From an uncultured Bdellovibrionales bacterium (GTDB lineage Bacteria > Bdellovibrionota > FAC87 > UBA2466), in contig CALCZU010000132.1 in NCBI GenBank assembly GCA_937903155.1, positions 18,043 to 82,042 on the forward strand: DNA of 64,000 bases, in the 5' to 3' direction. The notes beneath the pieces were generated by a model. The model was not told where the DNA came from. It saw nothing but the letters and a program-made list of their open reading frames with translations, and did not search any database. Shown here one piece after another: positions 19,541 to 28,160 of this stretch; position 1 is the first letter of the stretch, and every line of letters begins with the position of its first letter. The position numbers were made by a program, and so were the translations under genes.

Positions 19541-20680
19541 TTAGATATAATTTTTTCTTTTGATTTTCTCAATGATGATTTTTTCGGGCATCGTGGGGTC
19601 GCGAGGATCGACCGTAAAGAAAGCTTGCTGCTCACAACGTCTTTTGTTTTTCAAAAGCCAATGAAGGATTTCGGAGAGTCCTTTATTCTTTTTGTCTTTA
19701 AAAAACGGATCGTTTTTCAGCGCATCCGCCGCTTTTTTAAGCGCTCGCGCCTCACCGACATCGGTTTCTTTCACCGGATAGTCGTTGAGATCATACTTTT
19801 TGATATCTTCAGGCAAAACGCCCAAGAAGCGGACTTCGGGAGCGGAGAAATCTGAGTTTCGAATCAAGCTCGCAGCACTTCCGGCTTTCAGCGTTCTAAA
19901 AATATTTTGCATCGTATAGGCGTCCAGATCCCCGAAGAAGTAAATCGGAACATCTAACTCATCTTGGATGAGCTTACACCAACCTCGAACCGCATTACTG
20001 GGAACCCCTTGGGCACCCATTAAAATGCAGTTGTTTCGTTTGCAAAATCCGTTTGAGACGAACGTATTTGCGGTACCTTCGGATTCGACAACTAAGCAGA
20101 AGTCGATTTTTTTCTTCGCCTTTAATTTCAAACTTTGAGGGCGGTTTTTCGGTTGAAACGGGGTCGTTCCAAGAGAACTTAAATCCACAACCGCTTTTCC
20201 ACCATCGGGAAGCGTTTCTGTGACGACCAGCTGGTTCGAATACGTTTGGCCTCCGCGATCATTGGCAAAACAATTTAATTCTTCACGGTAGCACTCAAGC
20301 ATTTCGCAGATGAAATCGATGACAGAGTCACTCTCGGTCTGATCTAAAAAGTCGAGCGGTTTCAAAGCAGGATTATGCTTCACTTCACCTTTCGCGATGT
20401 AGTAAAGCTCACGCTTCGTATTGACCGCACCCGTTTCGAGGTTTCTTAAAAAAATCTCGAGAAGAAAAATCGCACGCGACATTTTTTGGACCGAGCTGAC
20501 ATTGAGTTCCGTGCGGACCATTTTATCGCCTGGGGTCAGGTATCCGACCTTAGGATTATAATTCGAATTATCGAGAGAACATTTGACGGCTTCCATCACC
20601 GGACGCTTCGCATTTTCGAGATCCGTCAAAAGGCGGCTACAAAGATCTTTTGACATTTCTGGGATGGTTTCGTCTCTCAT
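19541..20680 (-). CDS. top6A: DNA topoisomerase VI subunit A (Spo11/Top6A)
   Basis: 379 aa. The catalytic-tyrosine motif TKRELYYIA sits in a winged-helix region. The Toprim region has VVESEGT and the acidic FFGDLDAYTM DxD motif. Size and order, downstream of top6B, are as in archaeal operons. Confidence 0.8.
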   Translation of the reverse strand: MRDETIPEMSKDLCSRLLTDLENAKRPVMEAVKCSLDNSNYNPKVGYLTPGDKMVRTELNVSSVQKMSRAIFLLEIFLRNLETGAVNTKRELYYIAKGEVKHNPALKPLDFLDQTESDSVIDFICEMLECYREELNCFANDRGGQTYSNQLVVTETLPDGGKAVVDLSSLGTTPFQPKNRPQSLKLKAKKKIDFCLVVESEGTANTFVSNGFCKRNNCILMGAQGVPSNAVRGWCKLIQDELDVPIYFFGDLDAYTMQNIFRTLKAGSAASLIRNSDFSAPEVRFLGVLPEDIKKYDLNDYPVKETDVGEARALKKAADALKNDPFFKDKKNKGLSEILHWLLKNKRRCEQQAFFTVDPRDPTMPEKIIIEKIKRKNYI

Positions 20681-20684
20681 GACT

Positions 20685-22472
20685 CTAGTCTACTTTCTCA
20701 ATTTGTTTCTTTTCAGTTTTCTTCTTCGGAGCCGGTTTCGCCTTTTTTTCTTTGATTTCGACGTCAGGCGTTTCCGCTTCGAGTTCCACCGGAGCTTCTT
20801 CTTTCGTCTCGTCTTCGTCTTTTTTGACGACCTGGAGTTTTCCGGACTTCTTCGCTTTTTCAGCGTGGACTTCGGCTTCTTCAAGCTGCTTTTTTGCGAG
20901 ATTAATATCACGGCCCAAAAGCTTCACTAAACCTTCATTCGCCTTTTTCTTACGTGCCGCCGGCGCTTTGGTAATTCGGCAAAGACAGTCGACCAGAATC
21001 GGACAGAATTGCTCGATATGTCTTAACTTCTCTTCTAAATCGTTAGCCTTCGTTTCTTTACGAATATGCCGCGAAAGTCTTTGTCCGGCTTGAATCAATG
21101 TCCGGCGAATTTCTTCGACAAGCTCATCACTCGCATCGACCGTTTCTTTGGAAGCATTTTTAAATTTAATAAACGGCGAAACAAGACTGAGGGCAATCAC
21201 GTAAGGCCCATTCGGAAGACTATCTTTAGGCTGTTGAAGGCCGTAAGCTCTCCAATTCACAGTCTCAATTGCTTTGACCATCGCACAGGCCGATTTATCA
21301 AACTGTAAAGGGACGCGATTTGCAAAACGCAAAACCTGAACCGGAGGATCATTTCCCTCCGAACCATCGCGGACCAAATTCTTCAATCGCGCAATTGCAA
21401 CTTCAACCGCCACCGGTTTGAAATCGCAAATCGTAGGTTTACGAGTCACGACCGAAAAGAAATCCACTTCGCCAAGACGTCGGACACTTTTCGAAAACGC
21501 TTCTTCACCAATAATCATGACTGAACGCGTACTCGGCGCCATGAGTTCTGTTTTGTGAATCGCACCAAAAACTTCTTTGAATTGTAATTCACTTAACTTA
21601 TCAATCGATTCATCCACATATTTTTTAGGAAGTCCGTTTTTAATAAACTCCTGAATCGTATTATCCGTAATGCGCGAAAAGGCTTTCTTCAGCCAAACCT
21701 TTAAAGTCACTCGCCCAAAGAGATGGGAAAAAGCAATAAACTCTCCCAACTTCATCGTGTGAGGATGAGGCTCCGTCGCCTCGGGAATGTCAGGCCCTTT
21801 ATCGGTAACTCTCAGAATTTTCTGCTTGGGCTGATCGAGAAGTTTGTAAGTCAGATTGAGATGCGGATTTACAAGCGCGGTTCCATTCAAATAGGTAAGA
21901 AGACCGCCTTCTCCCTGCAACTGAATTCGTCCGTCAATTTCAAACTCAACGCTCACGCCATGGGGTCTGTCCCAAGTAATCGATTTTTTATCTTTTAATA
22001 AACCTTTATTGTTTTTAATATCGACTTCGACTCGCGCCGAAACCGCTTGCCGCATGCCCTTCGTCTTCGTGATGACGGTCGCTCCCTTTGCCGAAGTCAA
22101 TTGCGCCCACGTCGTCGCCGCCGAAATCCCAATCCCCTGCTGCCCACGCGAACATCTTCCACGCCCAAATTTAGAACTCGCAAGGTACTCACCAAAAACT
22201 TTTGTCACTTCTTCTGCATCGAGTCCAGGACCATTGTCCGAGATCTTAATCCGAATCAAATCCGTATTTTTTAAAGTCCCTGTCCCAATTTTTTCGATGA
22301 CGACATCAATCTCAGGCAGGATTTCGTGGTCTTCACAAGCATCCAAAGAGTTATCAACCGCCTCTTTAAGCGTTGTCAGCACAGCTTTCGTAGGAGACGA
22401 AAACCCCACTTGCTGAAGATTCTTAGAAAAATATTCCGCAGTACTACTAGATGTAATTTTCTGTTTTGCCAC
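20685..22472 (-). CDS. top6B: DNA topoisomerase VI subunit B (GHKL ATPase, Top6B) with lysine-rich C-terminal tail
   Basis: 595 aa. Bergerat-fold boxes EAVDNSLDA (N), ISDNGPGL (G1) and SRGQQGIG (G2) are present. The transducer block VLRFANRVPLQFDKSACAMVKAIETVNWRAYG aligns with Sulfolobus Top6B. The last ~60 aa are K/E-rich. Confidence 0.85.
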   Translation of the reverse strand: MAKQKITSSSTAEYFSKNLQQVGFSSPTKAVLTTLKEAVDNSLDACEDHEILPEIDVVIEKIGTGTLKNTDLIRIKISDNGPGLDAEEVTKVFGEYLASSKFGRGRCSRGQQGIGISAATTWAQLTSAKGATVITKTKGMRQAVSARVEVDIKNNKGLLKDKKSITWDRPHGVSVEFEIDGRIQLQGEGGLLTYLNGTALVNPHLNLTYKLLDQPKQKILRVTDKGPDIPEATEPHPHTMKLGEFIAFSHLFGRVTLKVWLKKAFSRITDNTIQEFIKNGLPKKYVDESIDKLSELQFKEVFGAIHKTELMAPSTRSVMIIGEEAFSKSVRRLGEVDFFSVVTRKPTICDFKPVAVEVAIARLKNLVRDGSEGNDPPVQVLRFANRVPLQFDKSACAMVKAIETVNWRAYGLQQPKDSLPNGPYVIALSLVSPFIKFKNASKETVDASDELVEEIRRTLIQAGQRLSRHIRKETKANDLEEKLRHIEQFCPILVDCLCRITKAPAARKKKANEGLVKLLGRDINLAKKQLEEAEVHAEKAKKSGKLQVVKKDEDETKEEAPVELEAETPDVEIKEKKAKPAPKKKTEKKQIEKVD

Positions 22473-22630
22473 GCTGCAAGAAATCCTTAAGTTGTAACGA
22501 GCTATTTATTTGAATGTGCTCTAACCATTAAATGTACGAGGGAACACGGAAAATGTCCAGACAAAGGAAAAAACCTGCCTGCCCCGCCTCGGAATGGTTA
22601 AAGGAAAAACTATTAGAAACCTTTCAGAAA

Positions 22631-22771
22631 GAAGAGACGTGCGGGTCCTGTCAGCTGCGTCCGATCCCACTGTCTCTTCGCGCGTTCAATCTGGTGCTGC
22701 GAAATGCAGTAGATTGAATAAGCGAAGAGACAGTGGGATCTAACGCAGCTCACAGGACCCGCACTCTTTTC
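22631..22771. repeat. Long nested inverted repeat (~50-bp arms, ~40-nt loop) between gltA 3' end and top6B 5' region
   Basis: The left arm GAAGAGACGTGCGGGTCCTGTCAGCTGCGTCCGATCCCACTGTCTCTTCGC matches the reverse complement of the right arm with 3 to 4 mismatches. Each arm is itself bounded by GAAGAGAC / GTCTCTTC. Confidence 0.6.
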
Positions 22772-22812
22772 CAACAGAAAAGTTTGTGATGGCCCCGTTC
22801 CTTTGAACTTTC

Positions 22813-24114
22813 TTACTTTCCGGTTCGCTGCGCTGCCGGGACGTAGTCGGTTTCGCGCGAGCCGGTGTAGATTTGGCGTGGGCGGCCGATTTTTGAGTCT
22901 GGGGTTTCGACCATTTCTTTCCATTGGGCTATCCAGCCGGGGCAGCGTCCGATGGCGAACATGACGGTGAACATGTTTGTTGGGATTCCGATCGCTCGGT
23001 AGATGATGCCGGAATAGAAGTCGACGTTTGGATAGAGTTTTCTGGAGACGAAGTATTCGTCTTTTAAGGCGACTTCTTCGAGTTCCTTTGCGTATTCGAG
23101 AAGTGGATCGTGGATTCCGAGTTTTGTTAAGATCGTATCGCAGGAGCGTTTGATGATTTTGGCTCGAGGATCGAAGTTTTTGTAGACGCGGTGGCCGAAG
23201 CCCATGAGTCTCGCGCCGCCCTCTTTGTTTTTTACTTTATCGACGAATTTTTTGACGCTATCGCCGGAATCTTTAATTCCTTGGAGCATCTCTACCACTT
23301 CTTGGTTTGCTCCCCCGTGTAATGGGCCCCAGAGTGCGGAAATTCCTGCCGAGACGGAGGCGTATAAGTTTGCGCGACTGCTGCCGACTAATCTTACCGT
23401 CGATGTGGAGCAGTTTTGTTCGTGATCGGCGTGCAGGATTAAAAGAAGATCAAGCGCTTTTGCGACTTCGGGATCGACGTAATATTCTTCAGCGGGGACT
23501 GCGAACATCATTTTTAAGAAGTTCGAGCAGTAGTCTAAGCTATTCGTTGGGTAAACGAACGGTTGGCCGATCGATTTTTTGTACGAGAATGCGGCAATCG
23601 TTGGAATTTTTGCGAGCAATCTGAAAATAGAAAGTTCGACGTCGATGGTGTCGCTTGAGTTGAGCGAGTCTTGATAAAACGTCGAGAGCGTGCTGATGGC
23701 GGACGAAAGCGTTGCCATCGGATGCGCATCTCTTGGGAAGCCGTCGTAAAAACGCTTCATGTCTTCGTGAAGCATGGTGTGACGGGTGAGATTTGTCGAA
23801 AATTTTTCGAGTTCGTGTTGGAGGGGGAGCTTTCCGAAAATGAGAAGATACGCTGTTTCTAAGAACGTTGAATTTTCTGCGAGTTGTTCGATGGGAATTC
23901 CGCGGTAGCGTAAAATTCCTTTTTCGCCATCCAAGAAGGTAATGCCGCTCGTGCAAGCGCCCGTATTCATGTAACCGCTGTCGAGAGTGACGTGGCCTGT
24001 GAGATCTCTCAGCTTTCGGATATCGATGGCGCGTTCGCCTTCGGAGCCCTCATAGATAGGAAGTTCAATTTCTTTTCCATCTAAGATTATTTTTGCCGTC
24101 TTTGCCATAGTCAC
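22813..24114 (-). CDS. gltA: Citrate synthase (type II, hexameric class)
   Basis: 433 aa. LDGKEIELPIYEGSEGERAIDIRKL, the catalytic-His blocks GPLHGGANQ and MGFGHRVYK, and the C-terminal IPTNMFTVMFAIGRCPGWIAQW. Confidence 0.95.
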   Translation of the reverse strand: MTMAKTAKIILDGKEIELPIYEGSEGERAIDIRKLRDLTGHVTLDSGYMNTGACTSGITFLDGEKGILRYRGIPIEQLAENSTFLETAYLLIFGKLPLQHELEKFSTNLTRHTMLHEDMKRFYDGFPRDAHPMATLSSAISTLSTFYQDSLNSSDTIDVELSIFRLLAKIPTIAAFSYKKSIGQPFVYPTNSLDYCSNFLKMMFAVPAEEYYVDPEVAKALDLLLILHADHEQNCSTSTVRLVGSSRANLYASVSAGISALWGPLHGGANQEVVEMLQGIKDSGDSVKKFVDKVKNKEGGARLMGFGHRVYKNFDPRAKIIKRSCDTILTKLGIHDPLLEYAKELEEVALKDEYFVSRKLYPNVDFYSGIIYRAIGIPTNMFTVMFAIGRCPGWIAQWKEMVETPDSKIGRPRQIYTGSRETDYVPAAQRTGK

Positions 24115-24150
24115 CTCTTTTTGGAAAGTTTCAATTTTCTTAAACTTGTT

Positions 24151-24975
24151 TTAAAGCTTTGCGAGCTTCGCCAAACTCTTCGCCCGTTTTGTGGCCTGCA
24201 CAACCGCTTTAATAAGTGTAACACGAAGCTTTCCATCTTCGAGTTCCATTAACCCATCAATAGTACAGCCGGCGGGCGTGGTCACTTCATCTTTGAGTGC
24301 CGCAGGGTGCTTACCCGTTTCAATGAGCATCTTCGCCGCCCCTAAAACCGTGTGGGCCGCGAGTTTCGTCGCCAAATCTCTCGGCAAACCGACTTTAATT
24401 CCGCCATCCGTCAAAGATTCTAAAACCATGTAGATATATGCCGGGCCGCAGCCACTTAAACCGGTAACCGCATCCATGTGTTTCTCATCAGCTGCGACTA
24501 AACTACCCAACGGATCAAAAATCATTTTCGCAATTTCGGCACTCTTTGAATTGGCGTTTTTTCCTAAGCAGAATGCGGTGATCCCCGCGCCCACAAAGGC
24601 TGGCGTGTTGGGCATCGCGCGAATGACGGCAACTTTTTTGGTAATTTTATTTTCCATTTCCCAAGTGGAAATACTGGCCACGATTGAGACGAGCGTTTTT
24701 TCAGGCGTTAGGCTCGGACCGATTTCGGTGAGAACTTCCCCGATATTCTGCGGTTTGACCGCGAGCAAAATAATATCGCAGTCTTTAACGAGCTCCAGAT
24801 TGGATTTTTTGCGGGTAATTTTTAAAGATTTCTCTAAATCATGCGAAGACTCAGCGTGTCGTGTCGTAAAAGCGACTTGAGAACTGGTAAATTGCGAAGA
24901 TTCTAAAAGGCCAGTGACAATGCACTGCCCCATCCGTCCCAATCCAATGATGCCGACTTTTAATGCCTTAGACAT
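24151..24975 (-). CDS. proC: Pyrroline-5-carboxylate reductase
   Basis: Rossmann VGIIGLGRMGQ, LAVKPQ and MPNTPAFVGAGITA, with a C-terminal dimerisation domain. The likely start is MSKALK at 24975, not the upstream Met at 25011. Confidence 0.85.
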   Translation of the reverse strand: MSKALKVGIIGLGRMGQCIVTGLLESSQFTSSQVAFTTRHAESSHDLEKSLKITRKKSNLELVKDCDIILLAVKPQNIGEVLTEIGPSLTPEKTLVSIVASISTWEMENKITKKVAVIRAMPNTPAFVGAGITAFCLGKNANSKSAEIAKMIFDPLGSLVAADEKHMDAVTGLSGCGPAYIYMVLESLTDGGIKVGLPRDLATKLAAHTVLGAAKMLIETGKHPAALKDEVTTPAGCTIDGLMELEDGKLRVTLIKAVVQATKRAKSLAKLAKL

Positions 24976-25033
24976 GTCGCATAGGCTACCAAAGATAAAA
25001 ATGGAAGCCAAGCGAAGTAGCTCGCGGAGGATT

Positions 25034-25062
25034 CCGTCGTTGCGAGGAGCGTAAGCGACGAC
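25034..25062. repeat. REP-like element copy (CCGTCGTTGCGAGGAGCGTAAGCGACGAC)
   Basis: Near-identical to the copy at 13432. It lies between proC start and the stop of the adjacent gene. Confidence 0.5.
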
Positions 25063-26289
25063 TTATTTAAGCGAAATCACACGCAGCGTGTTTGTTTGAA
25101 GATTGATTTCACCTGTGGGCGACGTCGAATATTTTTCGTGTCGAATTTCGAATGCTTTTACGAGTTGGCCCGAATCGTAAGTCCGCGTCGAAGAAAACTC
25201 ATGTGTGACGCCAGAGTTTTTCACTTTCCCGCGGAGTCGACTAAACCAAACAGGTTTTCCTAAGACTTCGTCTTCGCGATTCTGCAAAAGAACGCACTCG
25301 CTAAAATTCGGTTTGGGTTTAAAGACCGGAACAATCACGCCCGACGAATCGGAAATGACAGGCGCTACGCCGAGTTTCATTTTGTCGTAAGTTAAATATA
25401 AAACCTCTTCGGATCCTTGAGAACTTCCTTCTTCAATTTTTCGAGTGACTTTGAGGGTGATTGTTTTGTCATTTTGATTTTCAAACTCAAATGTCAGATA
25501 AGCGCGTGCAACATTGTCCTGAATCAGAGGTTCTTCAGTCGTCAACTCAAAGACCACTCGATTGCTCTTGGTCCAACTTAAGGGATTCAGATTCAAGACC
25601 CCCGAATTGAGCCCTGGATAAAAATTGGCGTTCGCGCAATCGAGATCCATAAGATTCAATTCTTCCACTTTGCGTTGATACTCTGCTTGATCCATGTAAT
25701 CGGCATGCCGAGAACTCATGAGTCCAACGTAGATGCGAGACAGAATCGAATTTTTTTGTCCTAACTGAGTCGCATCGTAATAAACAATCTCATGCAGAAT
25801 CAATGCGGCTCGACTGTCGTCAGTCAGAAGACTGTTATCCCAAAGATCTTTATTCACGAGATAAATTCGGTCTTCCGGAACGCGCTTTGTTCTCCGCGCA
25901 GCGAGTTGCTCGATGGTGCAACCGGGCTCTAGAGGTACAAAACCGAAATCGTCTGTACTGGGAATAATGACTTTCTCGGTGAAGGTCACGTTGTTGAAAA
26001 AATCATTCGCTTTGATTCGATAGCGACGCGCTCGGACCGGATCGAACCTCTCGATTCGGGCGAGCAGAATTTCGAGCTTTGAATAAATCGACAGTTCTTT
26101 TCCGCCAATCTCGACGTCGAGACTTCGGAATCTATTTTCAAATAAATCCAAAAGTTCAATCGATTTAACCTGCTGAGAAGAGTCTCGACAAACCACGATA
26201 CCGCCACCGCTCCCGCGGTCATTTCCGGCAAAAGTTGAACCTGCGAAAACTCCGAACCAGAATAGAATTCCAATAAATCGACTTGTCAT
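25063..26289 (-). CDS. Hypothetical secreted protein
   Basis: 408 aa with a signal peptide (MTSRFIGILFWFGVFAGSTFA). No motif recognised. It overlaps the upstream gene by 4 bp. Confidence 0.4.
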   Translation of the reverse strand: MTSRFIGILFWFGVFAGSTFAGNDRGSGGGIVVCRDSSQQVKSIELLDLFENRFRSLDVEIGGKELSIYSKLEILLARIERFDPVRARRYRIKANDFFNNVTFTEKVIIPSTDDFGFVPLEPGCTIEQLAARRTKRVPEDRIYLVNKDLWDNSLLTDDSRAALILHEIVYYDATQLGQKNSILSRIYVGLMSSRHADYMDQAEYQRKVEELNLMDLDCANANFYPGLNSGVLNLNPLSWTKSNRVVFELTTEEPLIQDNVARAYLTFEFENQNDKTITLKVTRKIEEGSSQGSEEVLYLTYDKMKLGVAPVISDSSGVIVPVFKPKPNFSECVLLQNREDEVLGKPVWFSRLRGKVKNSGVTHEFSSTRTYDSGQLVKAFEIRHEKYSTSPTGEINLQTNTLRVISLK

Positions 26290-27107
26290 CTTTCGGTCCC
26301 TCTTAAATCAGAGACGGGAATGAGTTGTACATTTAAGTTGTACACTTCGGTCCGTTCTCCAGTTTCTAGAACTCTTGCCAAGTATCTTCGAAAGTTTTGT
26401 ATGAGCTCTTTTGCGATTTGAATCTTTTTAGGATCAATCGCCATCGTGATTGAAGTTATATCAGAATCCTTTACGGAGACTTCGTCAAGCGCCGAGATCG
26501 CCTGTTCTAAGCTTTGTCGATGCGATTCTCTTAGCGCAGCGCAAGGAGTATTACTCGTCGTGGCAACCCCATTTTGTGCTGGACGTAACTTTTTACCTTC
26601 GCTCACAATAAAACCCATTCGGATCAGTCTATCGACGGCTTCTTTCACTTCGCGAACCGTAATCTTAAGTCGAGACGCCATCCATTTCGGATCATTTTTA
26701 AAATCATCGGTTTCGATCAGACTGAGAAGCGCAAAATGATACCAGTCCGCAACGATAGCGAACTGATCGAACGAAATCTGTTTGTAGTCCGAATGGTGCT
26801 TTCCTAAATTTTCTCCTTCTTTAATCACGGTTGCGGAATCTTCTTGCTCGACAATCAAAGAGAGAAACGCTTTTTTCTCTTCTTCGGAAAATCCCAATCT
26901 ATCGGCGATACGGATCCCCATTTTTGTGGTGAGGGTTCGTTTGCGCGCAATGATTTCAGAAAGCGGACCGGCCGGAACTTGCAAATTACGAGCGAATGCG
27001 CGCAGCGAATAGGAATGATTGCGATTACGGCGTGTTTGAAACTCTTTGGTGAGCCACGAGATGGGATCTTTTTCCCGTCGATGATTTTCGTTTTCGTGTT
27101 GGGACAT
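26286..27107 (-). CDS. HTH-containing protein, resembles TIGR02147 paralogous family
   Basis: 273 aa. The N-terminal block HSYSLRAFARNLQVPAGPLSEIIARKR is a helix-turn-helix-like segment. Family recall is from memory and not verified. Confidence 0.4.
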   Translation of the reverse strand: MSQHENENHRREKDPISWLTKEFQTRRNRNHSYSLRAFARNLQVPAGPLSEIIARKRTLTTKMGIRIADRLGFSEEEKKAFLSLIVEQEDSATVIKEGENLGKHHSDYKQISFDQFAIVADWYHFALLSLIETDDFKNDPKWMASRLKITVREVKEAVDRLIRMGFIVSEGKKLRPAQNGVATTSNTPCAALRESHRQSLEQAISALDEVSVKDSDITSITMAIDPKKIQIAKELIQNFRRYLARVLETGERTEVYNLNVQLIPVSDLRGTER

Positions 27108-27252
27108 TAGGATAATGAAATTTCACTAAATAAAGGGGGGGTTGTCGAGCACAAATTGGAACAAAGTGTTCCTTTCTGCTAAGGAACGATTGCGGGAATA
27201 AAACAACCAGCGTTTGATACTCAAATGAAACCTCAAGGTGTGGAGATCGGAA

Positions 27253-27894
27253 ATGGATAAAGTGATGAAAAAGTTTTGTTGCGTTATGATTTTTGCTGCG
27301 TGCATCAGACTGACTGCGGATCCTATCGAGTATTGTCAGAAATCTGAGTTTCAATTTTTTAACGCTTATGCTTCCACAGTCATCAATCCATCCCAGTGGA
27401 ATGAAGCAAGCCAAGCCACTATTTTATTCGGGGCAAAACCGATTTACTCCGAAGGATCTAGTTTTCGAAAAGAACTTTATCTCGTGAAATTTACTTTCCA
27501 CTCCAAAAAAGATGGAGAACTCACTTTAAAAGGAGAAATCAAACAGGTCGACGCCCCGAATCCCGAAAAGTCGAGCAGAGAGTGTTGGAAGACGGCCCTC
27601 TATTTTGTTTATAACTTAAACGACCACAACGCTTATCCCGAAATTTACACTTCTGATTTTGTGCATGTTCCGATGCTGAACGACAATTTGGTTTTTAAAT
27701 CCTGCTCGGTCCTGTCTCGAGAAAAATTGCCGCCTTCTCAAAATGAAATTGTTTCGGGCATTACGTCCGAGGGGGATGAGTATCGATTTTTAATGACCTA
27801 TGCGCGGCCTGAATCCTTATTGAAGGCCTACGAAGGTCAACGCACCAAGAATGCGAAAACAGTCTTCTTTGAAACCATCGGCCTTAAAAACTGA
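27253..27894 (+). CDS. Hypothetical secreted protein
   Basis: Start MDKVMKKF with GGAG 8 bp upstream, and a signal peptide. No motif recognised. Confidence 0.4.
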   Translation: MDKVMKKFCCVMIFAACIRLTADPIEYCQKSEFQFFNAYASTVINPSQWNEASQATILFGAKPIYSEGSSFRKELYLVKFTFHSKKDGELTLKGEIKQVDAPNPEKSSRECWKTALYFVYNLNDHNAYPEIYTSDFVHVPMLNDNLVFKSCSVLSREKLPPSQNEIVSGITSEGDEYRFLMTYARPESLLKAYEGQRTKNAKTVFFETIGLKN

Positions 27895-27928
27895 TGGTTT
27901 CAGAAAAATCCCCAATCACCCCCAAAAA

Positions 27929-27959
27929 TTTGAGGGGGGAACTGCCTTCCCCCCTCAAA
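27929..27959. terminator. Stem-loop (11-bp G/C-rich arms TTTGAGGGGGG / CCCCCCTCAAA, 9-nt loop) downstream of the 27253..27894 gene
   Basis: Seen directly in the sequence. No canonical T-run follows on the plus strand, so terminator function is uncertain. Confidence 0.3.
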
Positions 27960-28038
27960 TCAATCCTACCGAAAACCGATTTTTAGAGAAATTTGACTGG
28001 AAGCTCTCCACGCTATATGACTCACGCATCTTAGTTAA

Positions 28039-28112
28039 GGGTGTTTAGCTCAGTTGGTTAGAGCACCTCGCTTACACCGAGGGGGTCCACGGTTCGAGTC
28101 CGTGAATACCCA
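28039..28112 (+). tRNA. tRNA-Val (anticodon TAC)
   Basis: Manual cloverleaf: acceptor GGGTGTT/AATACCC, D-arm GCTC..GAGC, anticodon stem CCTCG/CGAGG with loop CTTACAC, T-arm CACGG-TTCGAGT-CCGTG, discriminator A. CCA is not encoded. Confidence 0.9.
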
Positions 28113-28160
28113 AACTTTTCCGCCGCCACGAATCAGTGAACATTTTGCTATAATAGACGA

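Noticed and set aside
20690-20911. 73-aa extremely lysine/arginine-rich ORF, plus several other ORFs (20583..20930, 20752..21093), overlapping the 3' end of top6B
   Set aside because: They lie in alternative frames of the K/E-rich tail of Top6B. AAG/AAA/GAA-rich coding sequence gives open frames on both strands. The Top6B frame has coherent domain content throughout.
22532-22717. 61-aa ORF in the gltA-top6B intergenic region
   Set aside because: It lies entirely within the long inverted repeat. The repeat symmetry explains the open frame. There is no RBS and no plausible function.
28143-28153. TATAAT hexamer 8 bp upstream of the 28161 start codon, as a promoter -10 box
   Set aside because: It is too close to the start codon for a standard leader and there is no matching -35. 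It could be chance in an AT-rich spacer. Mentioned only in the feature evidence.
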